Below, piece after piece: positions 18,534 to 28,842 of a stretch of 64,000 bases of DNA. How positions within the stretch are numbered: position 1 is the stretch's first letter; the number at the start of each line of letters is the position of its first letter. The notes under the pieces are model-generated. The model saw nothing but the letters and a program-made list of their open reading frames with translations, was not told the origin of the DNA and made no database searches. The position numbers were made by a program, and so were the translations under genes. Source of the stretch: Negativicutes bacterium (GTDB lineage Bacteria > Bacillota > Negativicutes > JAAYSF01); assembly GCA_028707635.1 (NCBI GenBank), contig JAQWAQ010000003.1:804-64803 (forward strand). The letters run 5' to 3'.

Positions 18534-20330
18534 TTATGTCAGCATTTCCAGGTGGATAACCTTATTTTTTTTTACATAGTTACTGATATTAAGCGACCAT
18601 ATGGTATTGTGGGAGTCGTCTTCATTTATGCATTCAAACCCTAGCTGTCGATAAAAATCCCTGACCATACCATTTTTCGCTGTGGGAAAGTAATAACCGA
18701 TCAAGCGATCCAGTCCAACGGCCTGTGCTTCTTCAGCGAGCCGATCCAGCATGGCCAACTCCATATCCCGCTTCAACACCCGGCAACTCATCAACCAGAG
18801 TTCTATATGTAATGCGTATTCTTGGATTCTGCCAAGCACAACTGAGACAATTCCATTATCGCCAAATTTATCCCTAAGCTGTCCGCACAGACGTATATAC
18901 GCCGGATTTGTCGCGACCTGTTGCATTTCGCTTTCAGTATAGCGTTTGGTGGTCAGATTAAACTGGTTGGATTTATTAGTAAGTTGTACAATACGTTGCA
19001 TATTTATCGGTTTGAAATCCTCAATGGAACCTTGCATCGAAAGGGAATACAGGTATTCTTCATAGTTTCCAAAGCATCGCTGTTCTTGTTTCCTTGAAAC
19101 ATCCTGCCGATACAGCTCACTGCGCTTTCTGTCTTCTGCAGATAACGACACATTTTCAAAGTAGCCAGAATGATCCAGCACGGAAATATACTCTTCAATC
19201 CTTCCAATGTCAGGTGTTGCAACACTGGGCATTCGTACCGACACAATTTCGCGTTCTGCCGGATTATCGTCCACAAAGACGAGACTGTCAGTACCGATAT
19301 TCAACTCTTCGGCAATGGCATATATATTCTCATCTTTATTATTCCAGTTGGCTTTAATTACAGTAAAATCTTCAGGATTTAACAAAGAATTCGGATGCTG
19401 CAAGCCAGCCAGAGCGTTTTGCTCATCATTTTTAGAACAAATAGTCAGTATTATGCCCATGTCTTTATGAAACTTAATATACTCCTGAAATTCGGCATAT
19501 GCTTGTCCCATAGGCATTTCGGGACCTATTTCCAGATTCTCCACACCATCGTCACCGACAACGCCGCCCCAGAGCGTATTATCCAAATCTAAGACAAACG
19601 CTTTTTTATTCTTCCCCAAAATCGCTTTGATGATATTGGCTAGATTAAATGCAAATTCAGGGATAGCATTCACATTAAGCGCGTATTTGTACATATACCA
19701 ATAGAAGGAAGAATGCCACTTATCCAGCCCATATACTGCTGATAAATAATCAATGTCATGAATATAAAAATCTCCATGATTACGGGCAAATCCATAAATT
19801 TTTTGATTGAGACGGGAAACATAATTTGATTTTCCCCTTAGATCGCTTATGTCACGATTGCCAAGCAGTCGATAATTCGGACGTTCAAAATTATTTTGAA
19901 TAATGGGACATTGATATGTCTCTTTCAAGTTAGTCCACAGCGAAACGAAATGGTCGAACTGTGCTTCCAGCATACGTTCAACCTCATCATCACTATTTTG
20001 CTGTGAAGGCCAGTTTATTATATTACGGCTACTCGTATGCACAAATATAATATCTGGTTTGAAGGTTGCCAATTCCTGATTTTCAAACATCGCATCCTGC
20101 CAATAGCGATTGTACTCACTTTCATAGAAAACAGGACGAATACCATGGTTTAACAAAAACAACTCTAAAATAGAGACTATTTCACTGGTTGTTGATCCCC
20201 CTAGGACAGCAATACGTTTCTCAAAAAATTCCTTTGATGAGGAAAGGAGCTTTTTGCGCAAAGATTTTTTCTTTTTCAGGATGAAATCGCTGTCAAATGG
20301 AAAATTCATGATACACTCACACATCCCCAT
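18534..20330 (-). CDS. fkbH: FkbH-like HAD-IIIC glyceryl transferase/phosphatase (start may be ATG 20309)
   Basis: VLDLDNTLWGG (HAD DxD), FVDDNPAER, QLTNKSNQFNLTT, DKFGDNG, WLMSCRV. Confidence 0.9.
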   Translation of the reverse strand: MGMCECIMNFPFDSDFILKKKKSLRKKLLSSSKEFFEKRIAVLGGSTTSEIVSILELFLLNHGIRPVFYESEYNRYWQDAMFENQELATFKPDIIFVHTSSRNIINWPSQQNSDDEVERMLEAQFDHFVSLWTNLKETYQCPIIQNNFERPNYRLLGNRDISDLRGKSNYVSRLNQKIYGFARNHGDFYIHDIDYLSAVYGLDKWHSSFYWYMYKYALNVNAIPEFAFNLANIIKAILGKNKKAFVLDLDNTLWGGVVGDDGVENLEIGPEMPMGQAYAEFQEYIKFHKDMGIILTICSKNDEQNALAGLQHPNSLLNPEDFTVIKANWNNKDENIYAIAEELNIGTDSLVFVDDNPAEREIVSVRMPSVATPDIGRIEEYISVLDHSGYFENVSLSAEDRKRSELYRQDVSRKQEQRCFGNYEEYLYSLSMQGSIEDFKPINMQRIVQLTNKSNQFNLTTKRYTESEMQQVATNPAYIRLCGQLRDKFGDNGIVSVVLGRIQEYALHIELWLMSCRVLKRDMELAMLDRLAEEAQAVGLDRLIGYYFPTAKNGMVRDFYRQLGFECINEDDSHNTIWSLNISNYVKKNKVIHLEMLT

Positions 20331-20483
20331 TCAATTAGATTGATTGTAGTTTTGAAGAGCCTCTCTTAATCACTTGCTAAGGCCAACAAATCAATGCTCA
20401 AGCATTCGCTTTCGTGGCGCACAACCATTCAAAGCCGTTCTCTAAGGCGCTAAGGTAACACAATACGATTGCGCTTCACTCCG

Positions 20484-20513
20484 TTATTCTACACTATGGT
20501 GGATTATTCCTGT
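20484..20513 (-). promoter_or_regulatory. sigma-H-type promoter upstream of the fkbH cassette
   Basis: ACAGGA-N18-GAATAA. Confidence 0.55.
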
Positions 20514-20569
20514 ATTTTCGAGCTTTTTTAACTTCCTTAATTGAAAAGCGAGACGCCACTTTGCAAGGC

Positions 20570-21935
20570 TGTAAACGCTAATATATAAATGAGCCACTTT
20601 GGCACAAAACGCTCACGAAAAAATGAGCCACCTTAAGTAAATTAACCTTTAAAATAGACTTAAGTGAGTCTGTTTTGGAGGTGTAAAAGGTGGTAATCAC
20701 ATTGGACGACTATGCTGAAATACGCAGGCTATTTAATTCCGGCATCAGCAAGCGTGCCATTGCCAAAAAGCTCGGCACTTCTAAAAATACAGTAGATAAA
20801 TACTGCCAAGGAGATACAGCTCCATGGAACAGAAAAAAGTACAGCCGTCAATCAACAATTATCAGCGATGACGTAATGGAATTCATTCGACAATGCTTAG
20901 AAGAGGATGAACGCGAAGGTGTTCGTACGCAGAAGCATACCGCTAAGCGGATATTCAACCGGTTAGTTGATGAATGCAATTTTACCGGAGGAGAAAGCAC
21001 AGTTCGAAGAACTGTAAATCAATTAAGGGAAAAGGTGCAGAAACCTTTTATTCCCCTGGAATTTTCTCCTGGTGAAGCACTTCAAATAGACTGGGGAATT
21101 GCTAAGATATACTTAGATGGTCATAAGATGGATGTTAATCTGTTTTGTGCCGGGCTCTGTACCAGTGATGCTCCCATCGTATTCGCTTTTGAAAAGCAAA
21201 ACGAAGAAAGCTTTCTTGAGGCTTTAGTACGAGCCTTCCAGCATTTTGGTGGAGTCGCTAGACGTGTATTCTTTGAAAATGCGAAAGTAGCCTGTTAAAG
21301 AAGGATTTGGCTCGCGTGCTATTAAACAAGATCGATATACGGCTCTCGCTGCTCATTATGGATTTGAAACTGTTTTCTGCAATCCATCTGAAGGACATGA
21401 AAAAGGCTTGGTTGAAGGGCTGGTTGGCTGGGCTAGATGAAACATTCTAGTACCTATCCCCAAAGTCGAAAGTCTGGAAGAATTAGATGGCCAGCTTTTG
21501 AAGCGTTGCAATAAATATCTGGATCACATCGTCAGAGGCAAGACATCAAGCGTAGGCGCCCTTCTTAAGTTTGAAAAAGAAGCTCTTATGAAATTGCCAA
21601 GCTATGTATTTGACACAAGCCGCAGCGTTAATACTTACGTGGACAGTTATTGTACAGTGCGTTTTGACACTAATAACTACTTTGTACCTATTTCTCATTG
21701 CGGTCATGAGGTGGCTGCAAAAGGTTACGGTACAAGGGTTGTAATATATCACCGCAGTACGGTAATTGCTAAACATAACCGCTGTTATGGCAAAAGGCAA
21801 ACCATTTATGAATTAGCTCATTATCTCCCTCTTTTAGAGAAAAGACCACGCTCTATCTTAAATGCTAAACCGGTAAGACACGCTTTACCACAGGATATCT
21901 TAGAATGGTTAGCTAGTTTGCCGGTAACTTTTTGA
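20570..21935 (+). mobile_element. second, different IS21-family remnant (left end plus broken istA; no istB or right end seen)
   Basis: TGTAAACGCT left end with a repeated AAATGAGCCAC motif; istA follows. Confidence 0.8.
20690..21935 (+). pseudogene. istA: IS21 transposase IstA, frameshifted
   Basis: ALQIDWG, RVFFENAKVA, +1 frameshift near 21293, GHEKGLVE, in-frame TGA near 21437, TVRFDTNNY. Confidence 0.85.
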
Positions 21936-22104
21936 TTGTCAAACACACTCTGTCAAAGAATATCATATTCTTTTAACCTAGAAAAGTGCCTGTCCCCTTG
22001 TCTGCACGCTAGTCTTGATGTGCCGGCCCTTGGGCGTAAAGAAAAGAATGGTGGCCGGATACTTAGGATTGATTGTCCGGATGATACAGGAATGCCGGTC
22101 TTAA

Positions 22105-23655
22105 TTAACGAAAATAGCCATAATTATTGAAAACCCTAATAATCATACCCTGAAAATACTTCAATTCAGCGCTTTTAACTAGATAGGATACGGCTATGTA
22201 TGTGCCCGCGCCTACGAGCGACGCTATACTTAGCCGAAGTGGCAACCCTAACGCAAGCATTACATTCTCTAGGTATTGGAACATCAGCCCAGAAAACCCA
22301 ACCATGAAGAAACACGCAACAATAACTTTTATCATAGAGACTGCGATTTGCCTTTTTTCCAAAAAAATCATACGGCGCTTTAAGATAATCACTAATATAA
22401 GCATCCCTATTGAATTTGCAATCGAGTTGGCCAGAGCCAGTCCGCCATGCGACAAATAGTTTATAAGTATAATTCCCATGCATAAATTAACCGAAACAAT
22501 TATAAATGAAACAATCACCGGGGTTTTCGTATCCTGTTGCGCATAAAATGCCCGATTAAGAAGTTCAATTATTCCTGTACCGAGCAGTCCCAATGTAAAA
22601 AATTGCAATGCCGTTACGGTAAGTGCTGTTGCCTGTGGCGTAAAAGCACCCCGTTCAAAGAGTATTTGAATTATCGGCTTGCTAAATAATATTAGGTACG
22701 CCATCAACGGAATCATGATGAACAATATCATACGGATAGCTAAACTCAACGTATTCAAATACTTTTTTTCATCCCCGGAAAAGTACAATGTTGACAGTCT
22801 TGGGTAAAGCACAGTAAGAAAGGGTATAATTAACATGGCAACAGTGGCAGTATTTAACCCGTTTGCATAAGATAGTGCAGAAATGCTTCCTTCCGGTAGG
22901 CTTGAAGCGAGTATTCTAACAGTAAATAGGTTTAGGTAGTCAACCGATGCCCACAACCCTAAGGGAATGGCCAAAGAAAAAACTCTTATGACCCCCTCAT
23001 TCTTTATATCTATATTAAATTTAAGCCGTATACCAATTCTTCTTAATCCAATCCATTGTATCATTACCTGAAGTAATACCCCTAACGACACAGCCATAGC
23101 AATTGCTTGTATATCGAAATAGGAATGGAATGCAACTAAAAATGCTATAACCGAAAAATTATATACAAGACCTGCAAAAGGGGGAAAGAAAAATTCTTCT
23201 TCCGCTTGTTGCACAGCGCTGAAAACACCGAGCAAAGCGCTCATTACCACTATCGGTAGTAAAATTTGAAATAATGACGCTGCCATGCTTACTGTCTCTT
23301 GGTTAAACCCTGGCGATATTATTTTAATAATCGTTTCCGCGCTTAGAAAACTAATGCTACAAATTGCCGTCAGAATTAGCACCAGAGTAGTTATTAATGT
23401 ATTAATAAGATTTCTCGCATCATTTATACGATTCTGAGATACATATTGACTGTATATCGGGATAAAGGCTGTTATCATGCCAATCTGCAATATTCCTCCA
23501 AAAGTAATCGGAATCATATTTGCGACAACGAATGCATCCATTAAGGAAGTAGCACCAAAATATTTTGCATAAGCCACCTCTCTTAAAAAACCAAGTAACT
23601 TACCCAAAGATGACACCCCAGTAATTAGTATGGTGGCTTTAATGAGTTTATTCAC
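22105..23655 (-). CDS. murJ: MurJ/MviN-like lipid-linked glycan flippase
   Basis: KLLGFLRE..YFGA...DAFVVA, AFIPIYS, RAFYAQQDTKTPV, GLALANS; about 13 TM segments. Confidence 0.8.
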   Translation of the reverse strand: MNKLIKATILITGVSSLGKLLGFLREVAYAKYFGATSLMDAFVVANMIPITFGGILQIGMITAFIPIYSQYVSQNRINDARNLINTLITTLVLILTAICSISFLSAETIIKIISPGFNQETVSMAASLFQILLPIVVMSALLGVFSAVQQAEEEFFFPPFAGLVYNFSVIAFLVAFHSYFDIQAIAMAVSLGVLLQVMIQWIGLRRIGIRLKFNIDIKNEGVIRVFSLAIPLGLWASVDYLNLFTVRILASSLPEGSISALSYANGLNTATVAMLIIPFLTVLYPRLSTLYFSGDEKKYLNTLSLAIRMILFIMIPLMAYLILFSKPIIQILFERGAFTPQATALTVTALQFFTLGLLGTGIIELLNRAFYAQQDTKTPVIVSFIIVSVNLCMGIILINYLSHGGLALANSIANSIGMLILVIILKRRMIFLEKRQIAVSMIKVIVACFFMVGFSGLMFQYLENVMLALGLPLRLSIASLVGAGTYIAVSYLVKSAELKYFQGMIIRVFNNYGYFR

Positions 23656-23690
23656 ACAATACCCTTCCGTCCTTCTAAATCAAAGAACAT

Positions 23691-24152
23691 CTATCCAATG
23701 TATTCTTTATACTTCTGATTGTATGTTTCGTTCGTAATTCGGTCAATAACTTTTGCAGGTATACCCGCAACAATGCTATAGGAGTCTATATCTTGTAAAA
23801 CAACTGCATTTGCTCCGATAACCGAATGATGTCCGATTTTTATATCTCCCAATATCCTAACTCCGGGGCCTATATAAACGTTGTCCTCAATAACCGGAAC
23901 ACCATATCCGCCACCTTTTCTGCCGATTGTAATTCCTTGTCCAATTATGCAATTAGCACCAATCACTGCTCTAGAATGGATCACAACTCCAATACCATGA
24001 TAAGCAAGTTTGGTATTTTCGCCTATTTCACAACTGGATGGTATATAAGAATTATGGATAAAGTAATTAATAATATCGCAAATGCGTGCAAGCATTCGAA
24101 GCTTTCGTTTATGCGCCCAATGTCCTATTCGGTAAACGAATAAATGTTTCAT
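23691..24152 (-). CDS. hexapeptide-repeat O-acetyltransferase (CysE/WcaB-like)
   Basis: HGIGVVIH, GVPVIEDNVYIGPG, VAGIPAK. Confidence 0.85.
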   Translation of the reverse strand: MKHLFVYRIGHWAHKRKLRMLARICDIINYFIHNSYIPSSCEIGENTKLAYHGIGVVIHSRAVIGANCIIGQGITIGRKGGGYGVPVIEDNVYIGPGVRILGDIKIGHHSVIGANAVVLQDIDSYSIVAGIPAKVIDRITNETYNQKYKEYIG

Positions 24153-24227
24153 TACATATTACCTCCGACTTACCATAGTAGAGAATCTATTTTTGAATTG
24201 CTACTTCAAGATATGCATAGTACGTTG

Positions 24228-25442
24228 CTAGATTTTATCCAGCAATTTTTTCATTTTTCCCTTCTCTTCTTTAGTACTCCATACAATTAAAGCAACAAAT
24301 ACTGCTATTATTAAATTAGTTTGTATCTGTCGAAAAGTTGCCTCAACAGTACAAAATATTAAAATTTCCATAATGCACATAACAGAACAAGCGTAAACAG
24401 CATCTGGTGGAGATTTACTCCTAAATCGTATCCACATTGCCTTAATGAGCGGATAAACTACAAAGCCTAAATATCCGGCAAAACCAAACAAACCTAAATC
24501 CATTAGTAGATAAGCCCATAAGTTATGTATATAGGCTACTTGGCTCCCGACATGGTCTGCGAAACCTGGAACAGGATATCCTAGTCCTTTACCTAATAGA
24601 GGAGAATCAACAAAATTAGTTAATGCATATTCAACTTCAAGATAACGTCGTGAAGAGAGTTCATCACCAATATTTTCGAATCTTTTCTTATACATGTATG
24701 CTAATCCACTATCAGAATTTAGAATCAAACTGTCCGAAATAAGTAGTCCAAAAGTAAACAATAAAAAAATTATTCCTCCAAAAACTATAGTTCTTGGTTC
24801 TAATTGCTTAATATAATAAAGAATTGGGATTATTATAATTAAAAGCGCACTTCTATACCCAGATCCAATAACTAATGCTAAGAAAATAGTACAGAGAATA
24901 ATTTTTATCTTCGAAAATCTTTTATCGTCATTAAATAAAGAACATGCAAATCCTATCATTCCATATGGCAGGGATAAATCTGGTGTTATTAATGTTAATC
25001 TGGTCATTTGACCAGGACTAAAAATAATAAAACCCAGTGTGAATAATATCTTTATCATCCAAACTATGCATGACAAATGAATTGCATTCAATAAAAACTT
25101 AGCCTTTACCTCGCTAGTTATTGGCGACAAAAGAAAGTAAATCGATAAAAATAGAAATGGCGTAACGCCTCGAATCCATTGACTTATCTCAACCCCATTA
25201 ATTTGCGTAACAAATAGAGATATTAAAATACTAACGAAAAAACATCCCAAAAAAATATGCTGCATATTTATAACGTATTTATTAACGTATACTATATTCA
25301 CTATTCCACACAAGTAAGTTATACCCACAAAGCCGACAAAAACAATTAATAATAGATTAACCTCATCGGGAACAAATGGTAGTAATGCTGCTAAGCTATA
25401 TAAGAAAACAATACATCCTTTGAAAAAATAATTAATGTTCAT
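24228..25442 (-). CDS. O-antigen polymerase Wzy / O-antigen ligase-family membrane protein
   Basis: About 10 TM segments, SGYRSA, GKGLG..YIHNLWAYLLMDLG; ATG 25442 with RBS GGAAGGA. Confidence 0.75.
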   Translation of the reverse strand: MNINYFFKGCIVFLYSLAALLPFVPDEVNLLLIVFVGFVGITYLCGIVNIVYVNKYVINMQHIFLGCFFVSILISLFVTQINGVEISQWIRGVTPFLFLSIYFLLSPITSEVKAKFLLNAIHLSCIVWMIKILFTLGFIIFSPGQMTRLTLITPDLSLPYGMIGFACSLFNDDKRFSKIKIILCTIFLALVIGSGYRSALLIIIIPILYYIKQLEPRTIVFGGIIFLLFTFGLLISDSLILNSDSGLAYMYKKRFENIGDELSSRRYLEVEYALTNFVDSPLLGKGLGYPVPGFADHVGSQVAYIHNLWAYLLMDLGLFGFAGYLGFVVYPLIKAMWIRFRSKSPPDAVYACSVMCIMEILIFCTVEATFRQIQTNLIIAVFVALIVWSTKEEKGKMKKLLDKI

Positions 25443-25635
25443 AATGTTCCTTCCATACAAAAACCAACTTCCTCAACCAGTCATTAGGTGATTTCCTTCT
25501 CATACCAACGAGCTACATTTTAGCTAGTTTTTGAGCTTAACGATTGTTCATTAAGAGGCAAATTTCCTACTACTCATTATTATTTTAAAAATTATACGAT
25601 TAGTCACGTTTTAAGTTACTAAATATTTGGAAGTA

Positions 25636-25711
25636 ATCTATCATATCTACGGTTATAACACTAGATACCATAGATATGATAGATGCATTTAGATGCATTT
25701 AGATGCATTTA
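25636..25711. repeat. 14-bp perfect inverted repeat overlapping three tandem 10-mers
   Basis: ATCTATCATATCTA (25636-49) and TAGATATGATAGAT (25671-84); (AGATGCATTT)x3 at 25681-25710. Confidence 0.85.
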
Positions 25712-25751
25712 CAATAGTTAAGACACTAAAAAGCCTACTTCTCTTCTTTGC

Positions 25752-26972
25752 TTATAACTTATAAGTACCCTCATTAAAACAGATATTTTTAGTATCAAGT
25801 ACAATCTTATCTTTCAGCTTATTCATCTGCTCTTTGATCTCATCATGGGATACCATAATTACAACCAAGTCAACTTCAGCTAAGAATTTATCAAAATCAT
25901 AGTACTGGTTTTCTACCAAAGACTGCTTAACAAATGGATCATATACTTTAAGGCCTGGGGCAAGGTGCATCTTCATTCTTTCGAGAAGTTGCAAGCTAGG
26001 ACTCTCTCTTATATCATCGACATTCTCTTTATAAGTTAAACCATATAGACCAACTCTAGTTAAATCAGTCATACTTTTTTCTTTCATGATATCGTGTACT
26101 CTTTTAAGCACAAACTCTGGCATAGAATCGTTAATTTTCCTAGCCGCTAAGACTATATTAGCTAATCCAGGGTAGTCTCCCACCAAAAACCATGGGTCAA
26201 CAGAAATGCAATGACCGCCAACGCCTGGTCCTGGTTGAAGAATGTTTACACGAGGATGCATGTTCGCAATCCTGATGATTTCATAAACATCCATGTCATC
26301 TAAACGACAAATTTTTGTCAGCTCATTTGCAAATGCAATGTTGATATCTCTGAAAGTGTTTTCTACTACCTTAGTCATTTCAGCCGTTCTGATGTCAGTT
26401 ACAACAATATCCCCGTGACAGAAAGTTGAATAAAGCTCTTTAATCTTCTTTCCCACGGCTTTATCATCCGCACCGATAGTACGAGAGTTATGCTTTAATT
26501 CATAAACCATATTACCCGGAATAATTCTTTCAGGAGCATGTACTAGGTTAATGTCTTGTCCAACTTTACAGCCATTTGCTTCTATTATAGGTCTTATAAA
26601 TTTATCTATTGTCCCAGGAGCAACAGTAGATTCAATAACTATTGTTGCTCCTTCCGTACAAACCTCCATTATACTTTTTACTGCTGCTAATACATAGCTT
26701 GCGTCAATTTTCTTACTGACTTTATCATAAGGAGTAGGTACTGCTACGATATATACATCTGTTGCTATGTATTCAGATGAAAATTCAATGCCTTTTTCTA
26801 CCGCAGCGTTAAAAAGATCGTCAAGGCCTTCTTCCTCGAAGGTAGTCTTGCCTGACTTTAGCGTAGCAGCTAATTCCTTATCGTAATCTGTTCCTACTAC
26901 ATCCACTCCATGAGATGCAAGCATTAAGGCTGTTGGTAGTCCAATATATCCCAATCCAACGACGTTTACCAT
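25752..26972 (-). CDS. wecC: nucleotide-sugar dehydrogenase (UDP-ManNAc/UDP-GlcNAc 6-dehydrogenase)
   Basis: GLGYIGLP, PERIIPG, KVVENTFRDINIAFANE, GGHCISVDP, YKENVDDIRESP. Confidence 0.85.
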   Translation of the reverse strand: MVNVVGLGYIGLPTALMLASHGVDVVGTDYDKELAATLKSGKTTFEEEGLDDLFNAAVEKGIEFSSEYIATDVYIVAVPTPYDKVSKKIDASYVLAAVKSIMEVCTEGATIVIESTVAPGTIDKFIRPIIEANGCKVGQDINLVHAPERIIPGNMVYELKHNSRTIGADDKAVGKKIKELYSTFCHGDIVVTDIRTAEMTKVVENTFRDINIAFANELTKICRLDDMDVYEIIRIANMHPRVNILQPGPGVGGHCISVDPWFLVGDYPGLANIVLAARKINDSMPEFVLKRVHDIMKEKSMTDLTRVGLYGLTYKENVDDIRESPSLQLLERMKMHLAPGLKVYDPFVKQSLVENQYYDFDKFLAEVDLVVIMVSHDEIKEQMNKLKDKIVLDTKNICFNEGTYKL

Positions 26973-26992
26973 ATGGTTTTCCTCTTTCTATT

Positions 26993-28837
26993 TTATTTGT
27001 TCAGCTTAATCTCAAATTTAAAATTACATTTATCGCTCAAACTGCATTTAACGACAATACAGTTGATTTCTTCTTTTTTAAGATAATATAAACTCCTATA
27101 AGCTTTACAAACCTCTACATTAACTGAATCAAACTTAACAACACATAGCTTTTCGCCTTCATCAAATACCTTAAACCCACCTGGAGCTAGTTTTACTTCA
27201 TACGGCGTGTGAAAAAGAAAGCTACAACTATCACCATTTCCGATTACTTCATCTGCTATCTCGTATCCCCGCTCTGTCTGCACAATCCGTCGGGTATGCT
27301 TGTAGCCGTTCTTGGAAATCATAGTACTGATAAAGTTGTCTTCTGTGAAATCCACATCCACACGGCTCGTCCAATTATATATCATGAAATTACTATAGCT
27401 TCCCATTTGCTCTACACCCTGCACTTTTACAGTGTTGTGGGCCGCGGTCTTAGCTAGGTTCTTCCCAATCTCATTTGCATAAGAGTATGTACCGCTGTCA
27501 CAGAGAATGTTTTTTCCCTTGTGCCACAAATCTAGATGCATACCATCCATGTGAGCAGGTCTGGTTTTAAAGTCTTGCAGGCAAATCATTAGAAAACCGT
27601 TGTTATGTCGCAATGTATACAATCCCGCATCATAAAATGCTATTGACTTCTTTTCGATTCTTACAACCGGTAGGCTATCAGCATCACTAAACCATATTAA
27701 TTCTTCATCATAATAGCCTTTTTTAAATAATCTTTCACCTGTTACAAGAGCATAGGCCGTATTGATAACGGGTGTAAAATCTCTATATCCACAAACTGTT
27801 ACCGGAAATATAAGCGCCCCATCATTTGAACCATAATTTGGAACATCCCCGATCTCATCTTGACATTGATACATTAGTAGTGCACTGTTTTTAATCAGGT
27901 TCTTCGATTTATCTGAAATTGACATACCTGTCTTTTCGCTTATCTTAAATACGCACTCAATAATCTGAAGTACAAATCTCTGATAGTTGAATGAGTACTG
28001 AATGTAACCACCATCCGGCATAAACTGACTTTCAATTTCTTTATTAAGTAGTTTATAAGCCTTGCTCAACCTCTGCTTATCGCCGCAGCACCAAGCTCCG
28101 ATAATCAAACCGCAAATCTCTGAAAGGGTATGATTATTCTTTATACACTTATGAGCATAAAAGAAATTGGAAAGAACTTTCTTATAACATACTTCAACTA
28201 AACGACAAACATTTTTTTCATCATCGCCTGTGGTAAGCTGTTCAAAAACCTTATACGCCATCAGTGCATTTATCATACGGAGCGTACATTCCTGTCCGCA
28301 TTTATAATTTGCGCCATATGGATATGGATTGTCTGTCAACCATTGCTTAAGCTGCTCTGAAAATGCAATGTAATATTTCTCGTCACCCGTAATCAAATAG
28401 GCTCTGGTGAAATAGAAAAAGTGTGTGAAACGAGATGCTTCCCAAATGGCCTTAATATCCCCTCGTTTAGCGTCAAAATCAGGTATCCTATACCACTTGA
28501 CACTTCTACTGGCCTCCTGCTTCGTGATTGGACTGTAATGCCAGTTTATTGGATTGCCATAGTCCATTTCAATTGATGAAAAGCCAGTAATAATACCATT
28601 TAGGGCATTGTCGGCAATTGCAACAATATCATGTTTCTTTTCTGCCGGTAAAGCTATTAAAAAATCCTTAATCCTATCTACATCGAGATTAAATATATCT
28701 ACTCTTTTTACTTCTACATTGCTTTCAAATAAATGCTCGGTGGCAGGTATCTTCGTCATCATTTTCAACTTAGCTGAATACAATAAGCGATTGACTACCC
28801 AACCAATACCATATTCAGTTAAAATTGATTTAATCAT
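26993..28837 (-). CDS. heparinase II/III-family protein
   Basis: WEASRFTHF, NNHTLSE, HMDGMHLDLW..LCDSGTYSY, AAHNTV. Confidence 0.8.
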   Translation of the reverse strand: MIKSILTEYGIGWVVNRLLYSAKLKMMTKIPATEHLFESNVEVKRVDIFNLDVDRIKDFLIALPAEKKHDIVAIADNALNGIITGFSSIEMDYGNPINWHYSPITKQEASRSVKWYRIPDFDAKRGDIKAIWEASRFTHFFYFTRAYLITGDEKYYIAFSEQLKQWLTDNPYPYGANYKCGQECTLRMINALMAYKVFEQLTTGDDEKNVCRLVEVCYKKVLSNFFYAHKCIKNNHTLSEICGLIIGAWCCGDKQRLSKAYKLLNKEIESQFMPDGGYIQYSFNYQRFVLQIIECVFKISEKTGMSISDKSKNLIKNSALLMYQCQDEIGDVPNYGSNDGALIFPVTVCGYRDFTPVINTAYALVTGERLFKKGYYDEELIWFSDADSLPVVRIEKKSIAFYDAGLYTLRHNNGFLMICLQDFKTRPAHMDGMHLDLWHKGKNILCDSGTYSYANEIGKNLAKTAAHNTVKVQGVEQMGSYSNFMIYNWTSRVDVDFTEDNFISTMISKNGYKHTRRIVQTERGYEIADEVIGNGDSCSFLFHTPYEVKLAPGGFKVFDEGEKLCVVKFDSVNVEVCKAYRSLYYLKKEEINCIVVKCSLSDKCNFKFEIKLNK

Positions 28838-28842
28838 AATAA

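Noticed and set aside
16962-20330. Methoxymalonyl-ACP polyketide extender pathway
   Set aside because: No FkbK/FkbI dehydrogenases and no PKS in the window; the MBOAT/SGNH context points to glycan acylation
20340-20480. Possible structured leader of fkbH (three CCTTAG repeats, small hairpins)
   Set aside because: The stems are short and I could not build a convincing fold or family match
12784-21935. Classical composite transposon
   Set aside because: The two IS21 ends differ in sequence, the second lacks a right end, and I found no target-site duplication
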